Shown here: piece after piece, positions 61,084 through 64,000 of the stretch | Position numbering within the stretch: the stretch's first letter is position 1 | Layout of the letters: each line of letters starts with the position of its first letter | DNA from: a bacterium BMS3Abin06 | Lineage (GTDB): Bacteria; Nitrospirota; Thermodesulfovibrionia; UBA6902 | Assembly (NCBI GenBank): GCA_002897895.1 | Contig: BDSY01000106.1 | Coordinates: forward strand, 1,922-65,921 | Direction: 5' to 3' | DNA length: 64,000 nt | Notes under the pieces: model-generated | Database searches by the model: none | Seen by the model: the letters and a program-made list of their open reading frames with translations, nothing else | What the model was told of the DNA's origin: nothing | Program-made: the position numbers and the translations under genes

Positions 61084-63102
61084 TCAGTCTCCGAATTTCG
61101 CCATGAAGTTCTCGTATAATTTTTTCACGTAGGCGCTCTCCTGTTCAGGGTCCATTTTCTCGAACCTGTCAATCACCCTGGTCACCTCCTCCGGGATCTC
61201 CTCCAGAAACCTGGAGGGAATGGAAGGCGTCTCCTTTCCGTACTTCCTTCTGTGGTCTGTGTATGTAATGAACAGCTCTTTCATCGCCCTTGTAATTCCC
61301 ACATAGAAGAGCCTTCTTTCCTCCTCGAGCCCTCCATCACTCTCCACTGATTTCCTGTGCGGAAGTATCTCCTCTTCCGTCCCTGCGATAAATACCACGG
61401 GGAATTCCAGGCCCTTTGATGAGTGAAAGGATATCAGGGTTACGCCTTGCCCCTCTTTTTCTTTCTTATCCTCAATCAGGTCGGTCAGGGCCATTGTCTC
61501 AAGGAACCCCTGAAGGGAAGGAGAATCCTCCATTGATTCGTAGTGGGTTATGGAATCGACAAACCCGTCGATGATTTCTATCCTCCTGTATGCAGCATCG
61601 GGGGTCTTATAGAGCCTGATTATATAATCCCTGTAATCGATTTCCTTGATGAGGGCCTTGAGGGTCTTGCCCATCTCTTTGCCATTGCCGAACATATCCC
61701 GGTAACGGCGGATAAGGCCGAAAAGGGTTTCAGCCGACGCTGCCGCCCTCTGGCCAAGGCCCTCAATTTCATCTGCTTTTCCAAAGGCATCTAAAAGACC
61801 CACTGAGCCGGAGCGCGCGAAATCCGAAAACCTGCCTATGGCTGAAGGTCCAAGACCTCTCTTCGGCGCATTAACCGCCCTCATGAGGCTCAGGTCGTCG
61901 GAGGGATTTGCTATGATCTTGAGCCAGGCTGCGAGGTCCTTGATCTCCTTGCGTTCAAAATAGCTTGTTCCGCCCACTACGGTATAGGGGATTCTCCTGC
62001 TCCTCAGGGCCTCTTCAAAGGGCCTTGAAAATATGTTCGCCCTGTAGATAACGGCAATCCCCTCGCAGGGAATATTCTTTTCGTCACTTATCATCGATAT
62101 CCTGTCGGCAACCCATTCCGCTTCATCTTCCGTGTCAACAGCCTTGAATATATTGACCTTCGGGCCGGCGCCCTTTTCTGTCCAGAGGGATTTCTCCATT
62201 CTCTTTTTGTTGTTTTTTATCACCCCGTTTGCCGCCTTGAGGATATGGTCAAAGGAGCGGTAGTTCTGTTCAAGCCTCACTGTCACAGCGCCGGGGAAAT
62301 CCTTTTCAAAATCGAGGATGTTGCCGAGATCAGCGCCCCTCCAGCCGTATATGGACTGGTCATCGTCCCCGACTACGCAGAGGTTCCTTGTCTCTCCTGC
62401 AAGAAGTTTGACAAAATCATACTGAATACGGTTCGTATCCTGATACTCATCAACCATTATATACCTGAACCGTTCCCTGTACTTTCCGAGGACACCGGGA
62501 TGCTCCCTGAAAAGCCTCAGCGTAAGCAGGAGGAGGTCATCAAAGTCAAGGACGTTCATTGACTTCAGCGCCTCATGATAGCGGGGATAAATGAGCGCAG
62601 AGGCCTCTTCTACAGGGTCATCGGCGTCAGCGGCATCCGGCGGGGCGAAATCATTTTTTGTCCTGCTGATCCTCTCCAGGATGGACTCGGCCTTGAAGCT
62701 CTTGTCGTAGAACTTAATATCCGAGAGGATGTTCCTGAGGAGTGAAACCTGCTCCGAGGTGTTGTAGATGGTAAAGTCTTTTCTGTAACCGAGGGGTTCG
62801 ATCTCGCGCCGAAGGATCCTGAGGCAGAGGGAATGAAATGTAGAGATAACGGGCGTCCCCTTTGTGCCCTTCAGCATGGACTTTACCCTTTTCTTCATCT
62901 CCCTTGCGGCCTTGTTGGTAAAGGTGACCGCCAGAACGGAACCGGCTTTGACGCCGGTGTGTATCAGGTATGCGGTCCTCGTGGTTATCACCCTCGTCTT
63001 TCCCGAACCGGCTCCTGCGAGAATGAGAAGCGGGCCATCGGCATGCATGACCGCCTCCTTCTGCCTGGGATTAAGACGCGCTATTGCTCTGTATATATCC
63101 AT
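61084..63102 (-). CDS. ATP-dependent DNA helicase, UvrD/PcrA/Rep (SF1) family
   Basis: LNPRQKEAVMHADGPLLILAGAGSGKTRVIT...VTFTNKAAREM; DEYQDTN; C-terminal motifs. Confidence 0.9.
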   Translation of the reverse strand: MDIYRAIARLNPRQKEAVMHADGPLLILAGAGSGKTRVITTRTAYLIHTGVKAGSVLAVTFTNKAAREMKKRVKSMLKGTKGTPVISTFHSLCLRILRREIEPLGYRKDFTIYNTSEQVSLLRNILSDIKFYDKSFKAESILERISRTKNDFAPPDAADADDPVEEASALIYPRYHEALKSMNVLDFDDLLLLTLRLFREHPGVLGKYRERFRYIMVDEYQDTNRIQYDFVKLLAGETRNLCVVGDDDQSIYGWRGADLGNILDFEKDFPGAVTVRLEQNYRSFDHILKAANGVIKNNKKRMEKSLWTEKGAGPKVNIFKAVDTEDEAEWVADRISMISDEKNIPCEGIAVIYRANIFSRPFEEALRSRRIPYTVVGGTSYFERKEIKDLAAWLKIIANPSDDLSLMRAVNAPKRGLGPSAIGRFSDFARSGSVGLLDAFGKADEIEGLGQRAAASAETLFGLIRRYRDMFGNGKEMGKTLKALIKEIDYRDYIIRLYKTPDAAYRRIEIIDGFVDSITHYESMEDSPSLQGFLETMALTDLIEDKKEKEGQGVTLISFHSSKGLEFPVVFIAGTEEEILPHRKSVESDGGLEEERRLFYVGITRAMKELFITYTDHRRKYGKETPSIPSRFLEEIPEEVTRVIDRFEKMDPEQESAYVKKLYENFMAKFGD

Positions 63103-63376
63103 TGATATTTATATTTCCTTTCAGACACTTACCCCTGAGACAGTGGGCGTAACATTTTCACTCCGGAATGAAATTTTCCTGTGTCCGGCAGGGTTTGCCG
63201 GAGAAAAAAATCGGAACGGTCTATATTAAAGCTTTGGCAGCAATAAGGCAATAAATATTGCAGGAGCTTCAAATATTAAATTACAATTTTAATAATTGGC
63301 TCTTTCAATTTGTTTTAAAAGCAAAAATATTAGCTGATTTATTTGCTTTCAGGCAAATTTATTGTATAATTGGCTT

Positions 63377-64000
63377 ATGCTTAAAAACAGGTATCTGACA
63401 TCGTTTATCATAGAAGACCTGAAGGACAAGATGGCATTTGTCGGCGGTCCGCGCCAGGTTGGGAAAACAACGCTCTGCCAAAATCTCGTGGCATCTCATT
63501 TCAAAAGCCATGCATATTTCAACTGGGACAACCGGACTGACAGGAAAGCCATTACCGCTTCTGTCTGGCCGGGAGATGCAGAACTGCTCATCTTTGATGA
63601 GATCCATAAGTACCGGCAATGGAAGGGGCTTATTAAGGGTGAATATGACAAGCTTAAACATATCTATAAGTTCCTTGTTACCGGCAGTGCGCGGCTTGAT
63701 CTCTATCGAAGGGGCGGCGATTCGCTGCAGGGAAGATATCATTATTACCGGCTTCATCCGTTTACCATAGCCGAAATAGAAGGTCTTGCCTGCAGGGCAT
63801 CCGTTCAGTATGAATTGCCGATAGGAGAGGGTTTTTATCAGGATTCATTAGAGGCACTGGATGTTTTCGGCGGCTTCCCCGAACCTTTCATCAAGCAGAG
63901 CAAAAGGCAGCTCAGGCGCTGGCACAATGAGAAGATAGAACGTATGTTCCGGGAGGACATTATGGATGTTAAGGTAATACGGGACATCGGGAACATGAAG
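63377..64000 (+). CDS. AAA+ ATPase of the COG1373/DUF4143 type. 5' partial; runs off the window edge.
   Basis: Translated by hand from the ATG at 63377: MLKNRYLTSFIIEDLKDKMAFVGGPRQVGKTTL (Walker A) ... LLIFDEIHKY (Walker B) ... TGSARLDLYRRGGDSLQGRY. No stop before 64000, so it is absent from the ORF track. Confidence 0.75.
   Translation, partial: MLKNRYLTSFIIEDLKDKMAFVGGPRQVGKTTLCQNLVASHFKSHAYFNWDNRTDRKAITASVWPGDAELLIFDEIHKYRQWKGLIKGEYDKLKHIYKFLVTGSARLDLYRRGGDSLQGRYHYYRLHPFTIAEIEGLACRASVQYELPIGEGFYQDSLEALDVFGGFPEPFIKQSKRQLRRWHNEKIERMFREDIMDVKVIRDIGNMK

Noticed and set aside
63359-63757. 132-aa minus-strand ORF near the window end
   Set aside because: Antisense to an open + strand frame that encodes a clear AAA ATPase (Walker A/B motifs) running off the window. 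The track omitted the + frame only because it lacks a stop.

Overview
This 64-kb window is a bacterial chromosomal segment densely packed with regulatory genes. The gene content resembles Desulfobacterota/deltaproteobacteria, but the taxon cannot be fixed by eye. The main contents are as follows. (1) 60-6196 on the minus strand: a FAS-II / type-II-PKS-like operon. It has three ketoacyl-synthase (KS) homologs, only one with the canonical active-site Cys, plus two hot-dog dehydratases, FabG and AcpS. A MITE-like repeat sits inside it. (2) 6.5-9.8 kb: two paralogous NarL-family two-component modules. (3) Two ~500-aa RpoD-like sigma-70 paralogs at 10.0 kb and 40.4 kb. The second lies downstream of a PAS kinase, a sigma-54 activator, a small Cys-rich ORF and a STAS (anti-sigma-factor antagonist) protein. 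(4) Two chemosensory clusters, each built on a CheY-STAS-CheA core. Cluster 1 (11.9-28.7 kb) is complete: MCPs, CheW/R/D/B, a REC-HK hybrid, and two giant recently duplicated hybrid kinases. Cluster 2 (28.8-35.8 kb) is stripped down and partly degenerate, with a His-less kinase and a REC-Hpt remnant. (5) 41.9-64 kb: housekeeping and stress genes. These are a DHH-CBS-polyA-polymerase fusion, a parvulin PPIase, DnaK, a GT4 + amylo-1,6-glucosidase pair, a string of small stress proteins including CspA, an S8 protease with near-identical internal tandem repeats, HNH, a UvrD/PcrA helicase and a partial AAA ATPase. At least five interspersed repeat or palindromic-element families occupy intergenic 3' and 5' regions. 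One of them is shared by the dnaK and GT4 upstream regions. No rRNA, tRNA or CRISPR was seen. All calls rest on motif recognition by eye.
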